From Gammaproteobacteria bacterium (GTDB lineage Bacteria; Pseudomonadota; Gammaproteobacteria; Eutrophobiales; Eutrophobiaceae): 64,000 bases of DNA. The stretch spans positions 672,001-736,000 of the forward strand of contig OZ244905.1 of the NCBI GenBank assembly GCA_965221695.1, read 5' to 3'. The first letter of the stretch is position 1; every line of letters begins with the position of its first letter. A model generated the notes under the pieces. It saw nothing but the letters and a program-made list of their open reading frames with translations. It did not search any database and was not told the origin of the DNA. Positions 46,919-57,741 of the stretch are shown here, one piece after another. A program made the position numbers and the translations under genes.

Positions 46919-49336
46919 ATGAAATCACAAACACAGGTTGTAGTTATTGGCGGCGGCGTTGTTGGCTGCAGCATTCTCTATCACCTGGCCAAATTGGGTT
47001 GGTCGGATGTTGTGCTGCTGGAACGCAAAGAACTGACTGCCGGTTCCACTTGGCATGCGGCAGGTGGATTTCATACACTCAATGGCGACCCCAATGTTGC
47101 CCGCCTGCAGAAATACACGATCGACCTTTACCGCGAGATTGAATCGCTGATCGGCGCCTCCGTAGGTATGCACTTGACCGGGGGTATCAGCCTGGCGACT
47201 ACCGAAGCATGGTGGGAGCTGTTAAAGAATGAAGCAGCCCGGCACAAGGTCATGGGCATTAGTTCAGAACTCGTCGGTCCAGCGGAGATCAAAGACCTCT
47301 GTCCAATTGTCGAAGTCAGCGACTTCAGGGGCGGTCTCTACATGGCTGATGAGGGGCACATAGACCCCTATGGCATAACCCATGGATACGCGAGGGCAGC
47401 GAAGCAGTTGGGCGCTGAGATATACCGGCATACCAGGGTCGATGCGCTAAAGCCGCAGGCGAAAGGCGGCTGGGAAGTGATTACGAACCAGGGTACCATC
47501 AGCACGGAGCATGTGGTCAATGCAGCCGGTTTGTGGGCGCGGGAAGTCGGGCAGATGGCAGGTCTGGAATTACCCCTGTTGCCCTTTGAACACCATTACC
47601 TGGTTACGGAAGCCCTCCCCTGTCTGAAAAACCGTGAGCAGGAAATCGTTACCGTGGTAGACCTGGATGCGGAAATATACCTGCGCGAGGAACAATCCGG
47701 CGTTCTGCTGGGCGTATACGAAACTCCGGCCACGCCCTGGGCGGCAGACGGCACCCCCTGGGACTATGGTGAAACTGACTTGCTGCCCAATGACCTGGAT
47801 CGTCTGTATCACGCGCTGGAAAAAGGCTTCAAACGTTTTCCCGAAGTGGCAAATGCGGGCATTAAGCGTATTGTTAACGGCCCTTTTACATTTTCTCCGG
47901 ACGGCAATCCCCTGGTAGGTCCTGTCGCAGGCGCGAGGAATTATTGGGTGGCCTGTGCCGTCATGGCCGGGTTTGCCCAGGGCGGCGGCATTGGCTTGAC
48001 GCTGGCGCAATGGATGATCGAAGGCCAACCCGACGGTGATGTATTCGGTATGGACATTGCCCGGTTTGGCGCCTATGCCGACAAGGACTATACCGCCGCC
48101 AGAGCCAGCGAGTTTTATGAACGGCGTATGCGTATGCGCTATCCCAATGAATTCTGGCCCGCAGGCCGACCCAAACGCAGCACACCACTTTATCCAAGAT
48201 TCAAACAGGACAATGCCGTTTTCGGTGTCAGCGACGGACTTGAAATGCCGCTGTATTTCGCACCGCGCACGGAAGCGCCGGTGGAAACACCCACTTTTCA
48301 GCGCTCCAATGCCTTTCCCACTGTCGGGGAGGAATGTCGCGCAGTACGTACCGGCGCGGGAATTATGGATATCACCGCTTATGGAAAATATGAAATACAT
48401 GGCGCCGATGCTGAGAGTTGGCTGGATAAGATGATCGCCTCCCGGTTACCGGCGATTAACCGTATCAGGCTAGCGCCGTTGCTGTCAGAAAATGGACGAC
48501 TGATGGGCGATCTGACCGTCTGGCGCCTGGCTGATGATCGTTTCATGCTGTTTGGTTCCGGCTACCTGCAGCGATTTCACCTGCGCTGGTTTCGATCCCA
48601 TCTTGAAAAAGCGCGCGTGAAAATCATCGACCATAATGAATCACTGGCAGGCTTATCCGTCTCCGGACCGCTGGCACGCGAGGTACTCCAGGCTGTCAGT
48701 GATGTGCCCTTCGATCATGACGCATTTCCATTTCTGCATGCCCGGCAACTTCATGTGGCGGATTGCGACGCCCTCGTTGGCCGTATCTCGCTGACCGGTG
48801 AACTCGGTTACGAAATCTACCTGCAACCACAGGCCCTGACTGGCGTATATGAAAAACTGCTGGCAGCCGCGCAAGACACGCACCTCCCGCTGCGGCAATA
48901 CGGTGTGTATGCGTTACTGTCCCTGCGCATGGAAAAGTCTTATGGTATCTGGTCGCGCGAGTTCAGCCCGGACTATACGCCAAGAATGTGCGGGCTGGAT
49001 GCATTCGTAGATTATGATAAGGTGGATTTCATTGGCCGCGCTGCCGTGTTGCGGACCAGGGACAGCGCGCCGGCGCAAACTCTGGTCGCTTTTCATATCG
49101 ATACCGAACAAACCGAGGCAGGCGGTTTTGAACCCATCTGGCTGGGTGACGAGTTGGCGGGGTTTACCACTTCGGGCGCTTACGGTCACTACGTGGGAAA
49201 AAGCCTGGCCATGGGATATTTGCAGACTGAGTATCTCGATCAGCAGGAATTTGAAGTATCCATACTCGGCGAACGGCGGCGCGCTACACGGCTGACTGAG
49301 CCTGCTTATGACCCTTCGGGAGGCAAGTTAAGGTGA
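46919..49336 (+). CDS. Dimethylglycine/sarcosine dehydrogenase-like GcvT-family flavoprotein
   Basis: IGGGVVG, GSTWHAAG, NGPFTFSPDGNP, RISLTGELGYE, LRMEKSY. Confidence 0.9.
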   Translation: MKSQTQVVVIGGGVVGCSILYHLAKLGWSDVVLLERKELTAGSTWHAAGGFHTLNGDPNVARLQKYTIDLYREIESLIGASVGMHLTGGISLATTEAWWELLKNEAARHKVMGISSELVGPAEIKDLCPIVEVSDFRGGLYMADEGHIDPYGITHGYARAAKQLGAEIYRHTRVDALKPQAKGGWEVITNQGTISTEHVVNAAGLWAREVGQMAGLELPLLPFEHHYLVTEALPCLKNREQEIVTVVDLDAEIYLREEQSGVLLGVYETPATPWAADGTPWDYGETDLLPNDLDRLYHALEKGFKRFPEVANAGIKRIVNGPFTFSPDGNPLVGPVAGARNYWVACAVMAGFAQGGGIGLTLAQWMIEGQPDGDVFGMDIARFGAYADKDYTAARASEFYERRMRMRYPNEFWPAGRPKRSTPLYPRFKQDNAVFGVSDGLEMPLYFAPRTEAPVETPTFQRSNAFPTVGEECRAVRTGAGIMDITAYGKYEIHGADAESWLDKMIASRLPAINRIRLAPLLSENGRLMGDLTVWRLADDRFMLFGSGYLQRFHLRWFRSHLEKARVKIIDHNESLAGLSVSGPLAREVLQAVSDVPFDHDAFPFLHARQLHVADCDALVGRISLTGELGYEIYLQPQALTGVYEKLLAAAQDTHLPLRQYGVYALLSLRMEKSYGIWSREFSPDYTPRMCGLDAFVDYDKVDFIGRAAVLRTRDSAPAQTLVAFHIDTEQTEAGGFEPIWLGDELAGFTTSGAYGHYVGKSLAMGYLQTEYLDQQEFEVSILGERRRATRLTEPAYDPSGGKLR

Positions 49337-49343
49337 CCCGGTT

Positions 49344-50546
49344 ATGAATGAAGAGATTAACAAGAGTTTAAATCAGACAGTATTTGAAGCCAGGGGCTTG
49401 CCGGGCTGGTTTTTTACCTCCAAGCAGGTATTCGAAGCGGAAAAACAAGCGTTTTTTCAACGTTCCTGGCTGTGTATCGGCCTGGTAAGCGACGTTGCCG
49501 AGGCCGGTGATGTTTATCCGGTCACCATTCTCGACCAACCCCTGCTGATGGTCCGTTCCCGTGCCGGCATGTTGCGGGTATTTCATAATGTTTGCAGCCA
49601 CCGGGGTACGCAACTGGTCCAGGAACCGCGCCGGTGCGCCAACATCGTTTGTCCCTATCACGCCTGGACGTACAGCCTGGATGGCGCGTTGGACAAGACG
49701 CCGCATGTGGGCGGGCAGGATATTCACGCTTGCGCACAGGTCGACAAAACTGAACTGGGATTAACAGCAGTGCGTAGCGCCACCTGGGCAGGCCTGGTCT
49801 TTGTCAATCTCTCGGGAGACGCCGTCAGTCTTGAAGAACACATGCAGGCGTTGACGCAACGCTGGCAACGCATCGACCTGGCGCTGCTTGAAAACGTGCC
49901 TGACCTGGGCCAGCGTCCGAAATTCCAGGCCAATTGGAAACTGGTGGTGGAGAATTTTGTCGAGAGTTACCATTTGCCCTGGGTGCATAAATCCATGAAT
50001 GCCTTCAATCCTATGGGCGCACATTACCAGATACTTGGCGCAGAACATTACGTCGGTCAAGGGGTAAAAGCCTATAATCCCACGGCTGCGTACGCCGGCA
50101 AACTCAACTTTTTTCCGGCGATGAAAGACCACGAACGGCGCGCCGGCGAATCCATGTACGTCCCGACCAACCTGCTGCTGATCACGATGTCCGATTTCAC
50201 GCTTGCCAACATCATCAATCCTGTTTCCGCCGGCGTGACCAGCGAGCGCCTGGAGTTGTTCCTGATCGGGGATGCTGCAAGCAACCCGGCTCTGCAGTTT
50301 GAGCGTCAGGACCTGATGGATATCCTGGCACAGGTGAATAATGAGGATATCGGAATCTGCGAATTGGCACAAAAGGGCAGAACTTCGGAGGCGTTCAGCG
50401 GCGGCGCTTTTGCCCCCGCACATGAGCGAACGACCTTACATTTCCAACAGTTATTGGCCCACCGGATGCTGGCGGCATCGGGCAACTCAATCCGTGACCT
50501 GCCAGCGCTGTCCGTACAGGACATACATCATCCCGATATTGAATGA
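49344..50546 (+). CDS. Rieske oxygenase alpha subunit (choline monooxygenase/betaine demethylase-like)
   Basis: CSH...CPYH Rieske motif, ENFVESYHLPWVH, EDIGICE. Confidence 0.88.
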   Translation: MNEEINKSLNQTVFEARGLPGWFFTSKQVFEAEKQAFFQRSWLCIGLVSDVAEAGDVYPVTILDQPLLMVRSRAGMLRVFHNVCSHRGTQLVQEPRRCANIVCPYHAWTYSLDGALDKTPHVGGQDIHACAQVDKTELGLTAVRSATWAGLVFVNLSGDAVSLEEHMQALTQRWQRIDLALLENVPDLGQRPKFQANWKLVVENFVESYHLPWVHKSMNAFNPMGAHYQILGAEHYVGQGVKAYNPTAAYAGKLNFFPAMKDHERRAGESMYVPTNLLLITMSDFTLANIINPVSAGVTSERLELFLIGDAASNPALQFERQDLMDILAQVNNEDIGICELAQKGRTSEAFSGGAFAPAHERTTLHFQQLLAHRMLAASGNSIRDLPALSVQDIHHPDIE

Positions 50547-50609
50547 AAATGAAAAAAAGCCTGTCAACAGTGCCGGATATGACGAGTACGGCAACGGCTT
50601 TTGAATAAT

Positions 50610-52061
50610 ATGGCAGTTGCCCTCAGTTTCTGTTTTTTTCTGATGCTCATGGTGCTGGTAGGTAATCTATCCGCCAGGCGTAAACGGGAACACACTGCCG
50701 AAGATTACCTGATGGCCGGTCGTTCTCATGGCCGGTTTGTGATCGCGTTGAGCGCGGCGTCATCCGCAGTCAGCGGTTTTGTGATGATCGGGGCAGTCGG
50801 CGCCGGTTATACGATGGGGCTGGTCGCGCTGATGATGCCCCTGGGCTGGTTTATTGGCGACCTGGTTTTCTGGAAATTATTTCCCGACAGAATCAACCAA
50901 CGCGCCCGTGACCACAACTGTATTACCATTCCCGAATTTATCAGCGAGAGTACCGCGAAAAATCGGGATTCAGTGATCAGAAAATACCTGGCCACTGCAA
51001 TCATCGTATTCGTCGGCAGCTATGCCGTTGGCCAGTACCTGGCAGTGGGCAAGGCGGTCAGCGTTGTTTTTGACATTTCGATACCGGCTGCGATCCTCGC
51101 GTCCGGAGCGGTGATACTTTGCTATTCAGCGAAGGGTGGCCTGGAGTCGTCGATACCCACACAGTTTTTTCAGGCGCTGATCATGCTGTTGACTACGGTA
51201 GGCATGCTCTCGATGGCAATCTATCTTGGCGGCGGCCCCACACAGTTGTTGGCAACCCTGCAATCGGCTGACCCGCAATTGTTCTCTCTCAAAGTTGAGC
51301 AGTCTGGATGGGTGGCATTGCTGTTTTTTACTGGATTTGCGGGCGCCGCGTTCACATTCAACATGGGCACCCCCCATTTGCTGGTACGCATTATGGCCGC
51401 GAAAAGTCCGCAGGAAGCGGTAAAAAGCCGTTGGATCTACATGGGCTTCATGCAGGTGACCTGGTTGTGCATGAGTCTTTTTGGTCTGCTGATGAAAGTG
51501 TTATTGCCGGAGATTGCCGATCCGGAGCAAGCATTGCCGGTGTTTGCGCAGGATTACCTGCACCCCGTATTGGCGGGCGCGGTGATGGCAGGGATTTTTG
51601 CCGCGGTGGCATCCACACTTGATGGGCAAATTCTGGTGGTCTCAAGCTCTTTTGCCGTGGATGTATCCCCCGGTTTTTACCGTCGTATGACCCGGCGTTT
51701 GGGCGTGCGTTACCAGTCACTGGTAACCATTCTGGTGTCCATTGCCGTAGCAGTTGTTGCCATCCTGATTAAAGACAGTACCAATGTGTTTACGATTGTT
51801 GTCTTATCCGCATCAGCATTGGGCGGCACCATTGGTTTGGCATTTTTCATTACCCTGATGCGTTGGCGGACTTCAGCCTATGCGCTGGTTGCCGGACTGG
51901 TCGCGGCTATTCTGACGGCATTGGCATGGCGTCATTATGGTCTGAGCAACTATGTGCTGGAAGCGGCGCCCAGTTTTATTGTGGGCCTGCTCACCCACCA
52001 GGTGATCATAACAACTCTCAAATCAGACCCTGACAAAGCTACCGCAAACGTGGCTGATTAG
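50610..52061 (+). CDS. Sodium:solute (PutP-like) symporter
   Basis: DYLMAGRS, ALSAASSAVSG, PHLLVRIMA, FAAVASTLD. Confidence 0.88.
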   Translation: MAVALSFCFFLMLMVLVGNLSARRKREHTAEDYLMAGRSHGRFVIALSAASSAVSGFVMIGAVGAGYTMGLVALMMPLGWFIGDLVFWKLFPDRINQRARDHNCITIPEFISESTAKNRDSVIRKYLATAIIVFVGSYAVGQYLAVGKAVSVVFDISIPAAILASGAVILCYSAKGGLESSIPTQFFQALIMLLTTVGMLSMAIYLGGGPTQLLATLQSADPQLFSLKVEQSGWVALLFFTGFAGAAFTFNMGTPHLLVRIMAAKSPQEAVKSRWIYMGFMQVTWLCMSLFGLLMKVLLPEIADPEQALPVFAQDYLHPVLAGAVMAGIFAAVASTLDGQILVVSSSFAVDVSPGFYRRMTRRLGVRYQSLVTILVSIAVAVVAILIKDSTNVFTIVVLSASALGGTIGLAFFITLMRWRTSAYALVAGLVAAILTALAWRHYGLSNYVLEAAPSFIVGLLTHQVIITTLKSDPDKATANVAD

Positions 52062-53133
52062 TCCTTGCATTATTTCGCAATTGTTTTGGCGTCACCCCGA
52101 AGAAGTGTTTGACTGCCGCGGTGAAACTGGTCTGGTATTCATAGCCGACGCTCTGGGCCACATCCGTTATCGGCATTTCCGTAGTCTGTAACAACTCCAG
52201 CGCTTTTTGCATACGGTGATAGTTGCGATACTCGTGGATAGTGGCGCCGAATAACAGTTTGAAACCCTGCTTGAACTTGGTCTCATTCAGTCCGACCCGC
52301 CGGGCCAGTTCCCTGATTGTCGGTGGCGGACTGAAGTGTGTTGACAATATATCCCTTGCTTCCTGCAGGCGGGTTTTTTCATAGGAAGACAAGGGCTTGA
52401 GGTTGACATCGCCGTCGATATTTGACGTGCACAGAAACTGCAAGGCATCACATAACAAGTGATATGCCTTCGATTTTGCATGCAACAGGTGAAACCTGCT
52501 GGTGAAGTCGGAGCGAAGAAAACTCGTGATGGAAAACGCCAGGGCCGGATTCAGGTTGATGATTTCATACTCGATCCTGTCGTTTTTACCGTCCAGGAAA
52601 GCACTGATAATGCCCGGCATAACCTTTCTGTCAATACCCAACTGGCGCAGGAATAACGCCGGTTTGCAATAGAGCGTAAACGAGGATTCATGCGCGCCGC
52701 CCACGATCCATTCCTTGCAGCTAAGCCCCGGGGGCAGGTTCCAGATGAGCAATGACGGCCCGCGCACGCTCAACCGGTTTTCAGCGTCAAGCTCCAGTAA
52801 CAGTTCACCGGTGACCTTGAAGTGAAATTCCAGGAACCCCTCACCCAAGACCGTCTCTACCCGGGTTTCCCGGTACTGGAAGTCGGTTGCAATCAGATAC
52901 AGGTCCGGCGAGAGGTGAATGAATTCCCAGTAACCGTAACCCTCCTCGGGCGCAAGCGGGAGCCGGCTGCTGTAAATGACGTTATCATTGTCTTCTACCT
53001 GCGTAACAGCAGGCGCGCGCTTTCCTGAACGGATACACTCGAATGTCTTGACCAGCGAGTTGCTGTCGCCACTCAGCAAGGTCCTCGCCGAAGACGGGTA
53101 ACTCTTCTCAGTGTTGATCCGGATTTCCTGCAT
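52039..53133 (-). CDS. AraC-family transcriptional regulator
   Basis: C-terminal LARRVGLNETKFKQGFK...VAQSVGY...FTAAVKHFFGVTP; start estimated. Confidence 0.88.
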   Translation of the reverse strand: MQEIRINTEKSYPSSARTLLSGDSNSLVKTFECIRSGKRAPAVTQVEDNDNVIYSSRLPLAPEEGYGYWEFIHLSPDLYLIATDFQYRETRVETVLGEGFLEFHFKVTGELLLELDAENRLSVRGPSLLIWNLPPGLSCKEWIVGGAHESSFTLYCKPALFLRQLGIDRKVMPGIISAFLDGKNDRIEYEIINLNPALAFSITSFLRSDFTSRFHLLHAKSKAYHLLCDALQFLCTSNIDGDVNLKPLSSYEKTRLQEARDILSTHFSPPPTIRELARRVGLNETKFKQGFKLLFGATIHEYRNYHRMQKALELLQTTEMPITDVAQSVGYEYQTSFTAAVKHFFGVTPKQLRNNARTNQPRLR

Positions 53134-53417
53134 AATGTGATAGTTTCTCGGTATCCGGCAAATTGATCGGGAAATCGCACTGTCTAAACTACCCGTACAA
53201 ATGACAGACGTCAAATATTCCGTTGGTAATACAGCAGGCCAACCCTGGCAACAAGCAATGGACACTGTCTTTCTTTATTTTATGATTTATGAACGCAATA
53301 TATGATTACATTTGCTATAGTTTCATTAACATTTGGAGATTGATTTTCCCAGTATATTAGGGAACCTCTGTAGTTCCATACTGGAATTTAATCTGTCTCT
53401 ATTTCCAAGTTTTATAC

Positions 53418-53993
53418 GTGAGGGTGGATAAGGTAGTGAGCAACAACGCAACAGTGAAACGATTATCTCTTGGTCCGGTTATCCATCTTGCTTTTGTCGT
53501 GGAAAACCTTGAGCAAGCTATCAACAACTGGGTACAAGTGGCTGGCGCCGGACCGTTTTTTGTTAAGGAAGATATTGAAATGCACGATGTATATTATCGG
53601 GGTAACCCTGTCTCACCCGATTTCAGGATGCGCTTTGCCATAGGATATCTAGGTGAGATGGGGATAGAACTGATCCAACAACTTACTGACACTCCTTTTG
53701 TTTACAAGGAACTGATTGATAAAAGCGGTGGTGGCTGGCATCACATCTGGCTGAACGCGGACGATTATCATGCCGAAGTGAAAAGACTGGCATCATTGGG
53801 TGGAGAAATAGCAATGGAAGGCGCTTTTAATGATGGAAGTAAATTCTGCTACGTTGATACAACTGCGACTATCGGGGGCATGGTCGAGTTAATGCAGATG
53901 CCAGAACCAATTATTGATGCGATGCATATAATGAAATCCGCACATAAGGAATGGGACGGCCTAGACTCCGCAAGGCCATTCCCGGAAATCTAA
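53418..53993 (+). CDS. VOC (glyoxalase/methylmalonyl-CoA epimerase-like) family protein
   Basis: HLAFVV, IELIQQ, GGWHHI, YVDT...MVEL. Confidence 0.85.
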   Translation: MRVDKVVSNNATVKRLSLGPVIHLAFVVENLEQAINNWVQVAGAGPFFVKEDIEMHDVYYRGNPVSPDFRMRFAIGYLGEMGIELIQQLTDTPFVYKELIDKSGGGWHHIWLNADDYHAEVKRLASLGGEIAMEGAFNDGSKFCYVDTTATIGGMVELMQMPEPIIDAMHIMKSAHKEWDGLDSARPFPEI

Positions 53994-54092
53994 AGAAGCT
54001 CTGACAAGTCCATCCTGGACCTGCCTGAGCACGCAAAACAAAAAAGTGATTGTTGTTTTGCTCTAAAAATCAATGACTCAATCAGAGTTTCC
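53994..54092. mobile_element. MITE-like structured repeat, copy 3 (internally deleted)
   Basis: CTAA|AGAAGCTCTGACAAGTCCATCCTGGAC...TCAGAGTTTCC|TTAA; lacks the fourth hairpin. Confidence 0.75.
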
Positions 54093-54108
54093 TTAACAGT
54101 TAGCCGGA

Positions 54109-56400
54109 TCAAAAATCGACCTGTAGACTGACCCCCCAATGCCGACGTTGGCTCCACCTTGGCGAAAAAGCCAAAGCAGCATTAGGATCCCCCGAAGCAA
54201 ACCAGAAACCGCCCAGGTCGTTGCTGTACAGGATGTATCTTTCATCCGTCAGGTTCTTACCCCAGACAGATAATGTCCACCGCTCGTCCTTGGTCTGGTA
54301 TTCTATTCGCCCATTGAGAATCCCGTCATTACTCGTTTTAAATGCCGGATCATTGGATATTTCCGTAAAATAATTACTCTTGAACGATACATCGCCGCTG
54401 ATGCTCAATGTTCCACCATGTGCCAACGGCTGGGAATAACTCCCCCAGATAGCGCCCGCATGTTTAGGTGTCAGCGCTGCCCGGTTGCCACCAAAAGCGG
54501 GGTCATCTTTTCCTACCTCACTGTCGGAAAATGCATAATTAAATCCGATATTCAAGTTATCAGAAACCAAAAACAGCCCATCTACTTCCAAGCCATAAAT
54601 TTCCATATCCTCGATGTTAACGGTTGTTGCGGCGCCTGTTGGCAATACAAACGCATTTTGTGCGCCGTCATATTTTGAGTAGTAAAATGATGCGTTCAGA
54701 AGCGCCCTGTTGTCAACAAAATCGGATTTAAAACCAGCCTCATAATTCCAGACATACTCCGGGTCCAGTGGCGTTGAAAGCGTTGCGGCGCCTCGGGTTC
54801 GTGTGGTGGCAAGGTCTGCAAATATCCCTATACCATGGTTGAATGAGCCGCTCTTGAAACCGCGTGAGACCGTTGCATAGGCCATCAGGTCATCACTGAA
54901 ACGATAATCTATGCTTGCTTTTGGCGTGAACGCATCCCAACTTTCACTTAGATCAGTTTCGGGATAAACAGAAAATATCAAGTTGGGATCACCAAAACTG
55001 GAGCCAGTCCCCTCTTTCTTATCCTTTGTCCAACGGCCACCCAGTGTAATACCCATCTGCTCCGTAAGGTAATAGGTGACTTGTCCGAATACAGCGAAAC
55101 TCTCAGTGTCAATCTGCATATCATGTTCTGCAGTCACCGTGGATATGCCGGGTGTTCCAGGAAGAGACGGGCTGAGGCTCAGGTAAAATTGTTGTAAAGA
55201 ATGAAACCTCGTTCCCGGGAAAAAGGTGAATCTTATAGGTTCATATTCAAAATTATCCTGGAAGAAATAATATACACCCAGTGTAAAGTCCCAGCGGTCA
55301 ATATCCGTGGAGACCAGTCGAAGTTCTTGCGAAATTTGCTCAACATCATTATATGGATCATAGTCAACCGCGCCGGGGTACGGAAGACCAACCTGGTCTA
55401 CTCTGCCAAGCTGACTTTCCATCGATCTATAACCTGTTACGGACACGATGTCGGCCCAGTCCATGCTCCAGGTCAGTTTTGAACTTAACGTAAAGTATTC
55501 CGCATCAATGCCACCATCAAATGGCGATGCCGTGGTATTTTCATTATTATCCGGAACAAAATCAGCAAGTTCCGGAACAGCCGTGATGGGCGGGCCTGTA
55601 TAGTCTCTGGTAGGGCCACCGGAATCATCCAATGAATAACTCAGACTCAAAGTCCACTCCAACATATCTGAAGGCTGATACAGTAACTTGCCGCGAATAC
55701 TTTTTTTATCAACAGACTCCGCTCCCTTTCCAGTAAACGTATTTCGCAAGAAGCCATCTGCGTTTTTTGAACTGGCGGCAACAGAAGCAAACAAATTTTC
55801 AGCTACGGGACCGGCCACATATCCATCAAAGTCAATCCTGTCAAAATTCCCCACTGTAGCTCTAACACTGCCCTCAAAAACTTCGGAGGGTTTTTTTGTG
55901 ACAACATTAATTGCCCCACCAACCACATTGCGTCCAAACAATGTGCCTTGCGGCCCGCGTAAAACTTCCAGCCTCTCCACATCGAAAAGATCAGGATTCC
56001 AATCCATTGAACCACCGTAATATATCTCGTCTACAAACAAAGCGACAGACTGGTCCCCACCCGGTGTTGTATTGTTTGATGAAGAGCCTCTCAAAGCAGG
56101 TGTGACTCTTTGATGACTTGTCGAGTTTATATTAAAGGTTGGCACAATAGTGGATAGATCCTGCACCGTACTTATACGTTGCTTTTCAAGCTGGACCCCA
56201 CTGAATACGGCAACTGATGAGGGCACATCCTGAATATTTTCTTCCCGTTTTTGCGCAGTAACTACCAGTTCCTCAATGACTACGTTTTGAGCATAAGCGG
56301 TGTTGATAAGCATAATTGCCAGCAAATACGAAATCAGTAGTGAACTGTAGCGCCAGAGATGCTTGGTTTGTTCGTTGGTTGTAACCATGAATACCCCCAA
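54109..56400 (-). CDS. TonB-dependent receptor
   Basis: EELVVTAQKREE, RLEVLRGPQGTLFGRN, C-terminal VDF. Confidence 0.93.
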   Translation of the reverse strand: MGVFMVTTNEQTKHLWRYSSLLISYLLAIMLINTAYAQNVVIEELVVTAQKREENIQDVPSSVAVFSGVQLEKQRISTVQDLSTIVPTFNINSTSHQRVTPALRGSSSNNTTPGGDQSVALFVDEIYYGGSMDWNPDLFDVERLEVLRGPQGTLFGRNVVGGAINVVTKKPSEVFEGSVRATVGNFDRIDFDGYVAGPVAENLFASVAASSKNADGFLRNTFTGKGAESVDKKSIRGKLLYQPSDMLEWTLSLSYSLDDSGGPTRDYTGPPITAVPELADFVPDNNENTTASPFDGGIDAEYFTLSSKLTWSMDWADIVSVTGYRSMESQLGRVDQVGLPYPGAVDYDPYNDVEQISQELRLVSTDIDRWDFTLGVYYFFQDNFEYEPIRFTFFPGTRFHSLQQFYLSLSPSLPGTPGISTVTAEHDMQIDTESFAVFGQVTYYLTEQMGITLGGRWTKDKKEGTGSSFGDPNLIFSVYPETDLSESWDAFTPKASIDYRFSDDLMAYATVSRGFKSGSFNHGIGIFADLATTRTRGAATLSTPLDPEYVWNYEAGFKSDFVDNRALLNASFYYSKYDGAQNAFVLPTGAATTVNIEDMEIYGLEVDGLFLVSDNLNIGFNYAFSDSEVGKDDPAFGGNRAALTPKHAGAIWGSYSQPLAHGGTLSISGDVSFKSNYFTEISNDPAFKTSNDGILNGRIEYQTKDERWTLSVWGKNLTDERYILYSNDLGGFWFASGDPNAALAFSPRWSQRRHWGVSLQVDF

Positions 56401-56577
56401 TCAGGTAGATTCGTCGAAGAGTCCGCATTGAATAAGTTAATGTAATGGTAATAATAACATATTAATTGTTACAGTCAAGATTTTTTGTTCTGGGATTTGA
56501 TGGCCTGAATTGTTGGGTAACTGCTGGCCGACTATGTGTTACAGCCTGGAAAGAATGGGGGGGTCGGGACGGTTATA

Positions 56578-57693
56578 TCATCGCCTGGTGACACTGACTC
56601 CCTGATGTATCATTGATTGCACTGCCCCTTTATGAAACGAATAAGGTGTCATATCCGGTATTGAGCTTGCTTGATTAAGCAACTGCACCTGTTCATGGTC
56701 AAGTTCAAACTCCAGCGCTAACAGGTTTTCATTTAATTGTTTAATCGTCCTGGCGCCAATGACGGCTGAGGTCACGGTCGTGTGTTTGATCAGCCAGTTC
56801 AGCGCGATTTGCGACGGAGTTTGTCCTTTTTCCTCTGCGATTGATATGAGTTGGTTTACAATGTTCACACTCCTTTTTGCTAGCGGGTCAACCCCCGGGT
56901 CTGTCACCCAGGTTTTGGTTAATCTGCCTTCACCTGTAATCCCCCCTTTCCCATCCGGCCGATATTTTCCTGATAACAACCCGTTTGCCAGCGGACTCCA
57001 CGCATTTAAAGCCACACCCAGGTGCGCGCAGGCTTCGACGTATTCATATTCCGCATCCCGGACGACCAGAGAATATTCATTTTGTATTGCGGCCGGCCGT
57101 TCATAGTTATTGCATTCTGCCAAAGTGCAGGCGCGTGCCAAGTACCAGGCAGGACAATTGGAAAAACCATAATGACGAATCTTACCTTGCGATACCAGAT
57201 TATTCAGCGTGCTGACGACTTCTTCAACCGGAGTTACGGTATCCCAATGATGCATCATGTAAAGGTCAAGGTAGTCTGTTCCAAATCTCTGCAAGGAGGC
57301 CTCAAGCGCCTGAATAATATGCTTTCTCCCGTTTCCTCCGGCATTCGGATCACCCGGACATGTCGATTGGGTTCCTTTTGATGAAAGAACGACCTGTTCT
57401 CTTACCTTCAATTCTCTTACAAACTTGCCCAGCCAGACCTCGCTTTCACCGTTTTGATATACATCGGCAGTGTCAAGGAAATTTCCACCGGCATCAATAT
57501 ATCGTTCCAAAATCTGACGCGCCTCTTGTTCCCCTGATGACCAGTCCTTACCCCATGCGGAACCGAACGTGCCGGCGCCAAATGCAAGCGGAGATACCCG
57601 CAAGCCGGTCCTGCCTAACAACCGGTATGAAGTGAGGGACTGAATTCGATTCCCTAAATTCATCCCGGTATCATAGGGGTTTACATCTGCCAT
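56578..57693 (-). CDS. Aldo/keto reductase
   Basis: GRTGLRVSPL, FLDTADVY, DLYMMH, WSPLANGLLSGKY. Confidence 0.9.
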   Translation of the reverse strand: MADVNPYDTGMNLGNRIQSLTSYRLLGRTGLRVSPLAFGAGTFGSAWGKDWSSGEQEARQILERYIDAGGNFLDTADVYQNGESEVWLGKFVRELKVREQVVLSSKGTQSTCPGDPNAGGNGRKHIIQALEASLQRFGTDYLDLYMMHHWDTVTPVEEVVSTLNNLVSQGKIRHYGFSNCPAWYLARACTLAECNNYERPAAIQNEYSLVVRDAEYEYVEACAHLGVALNAWSPLANGLLSGKYRPDGKGGITGEGRLTKTWVTDPGVDPLAKRSVNIVNQLISIAEEKGQTPSQIALNWLIKHTTVTSAVIGARTIKQLNENLLALEFELDHEQVQLLNQASSIPDMTPYSFHKGAVQSMIHQGVSVTRR

Positions 57694-57741
57694 TTTGGCC
57701 CCATTACTGATGTGTCAGACAGGTTATGTTTCGCTAAACCG

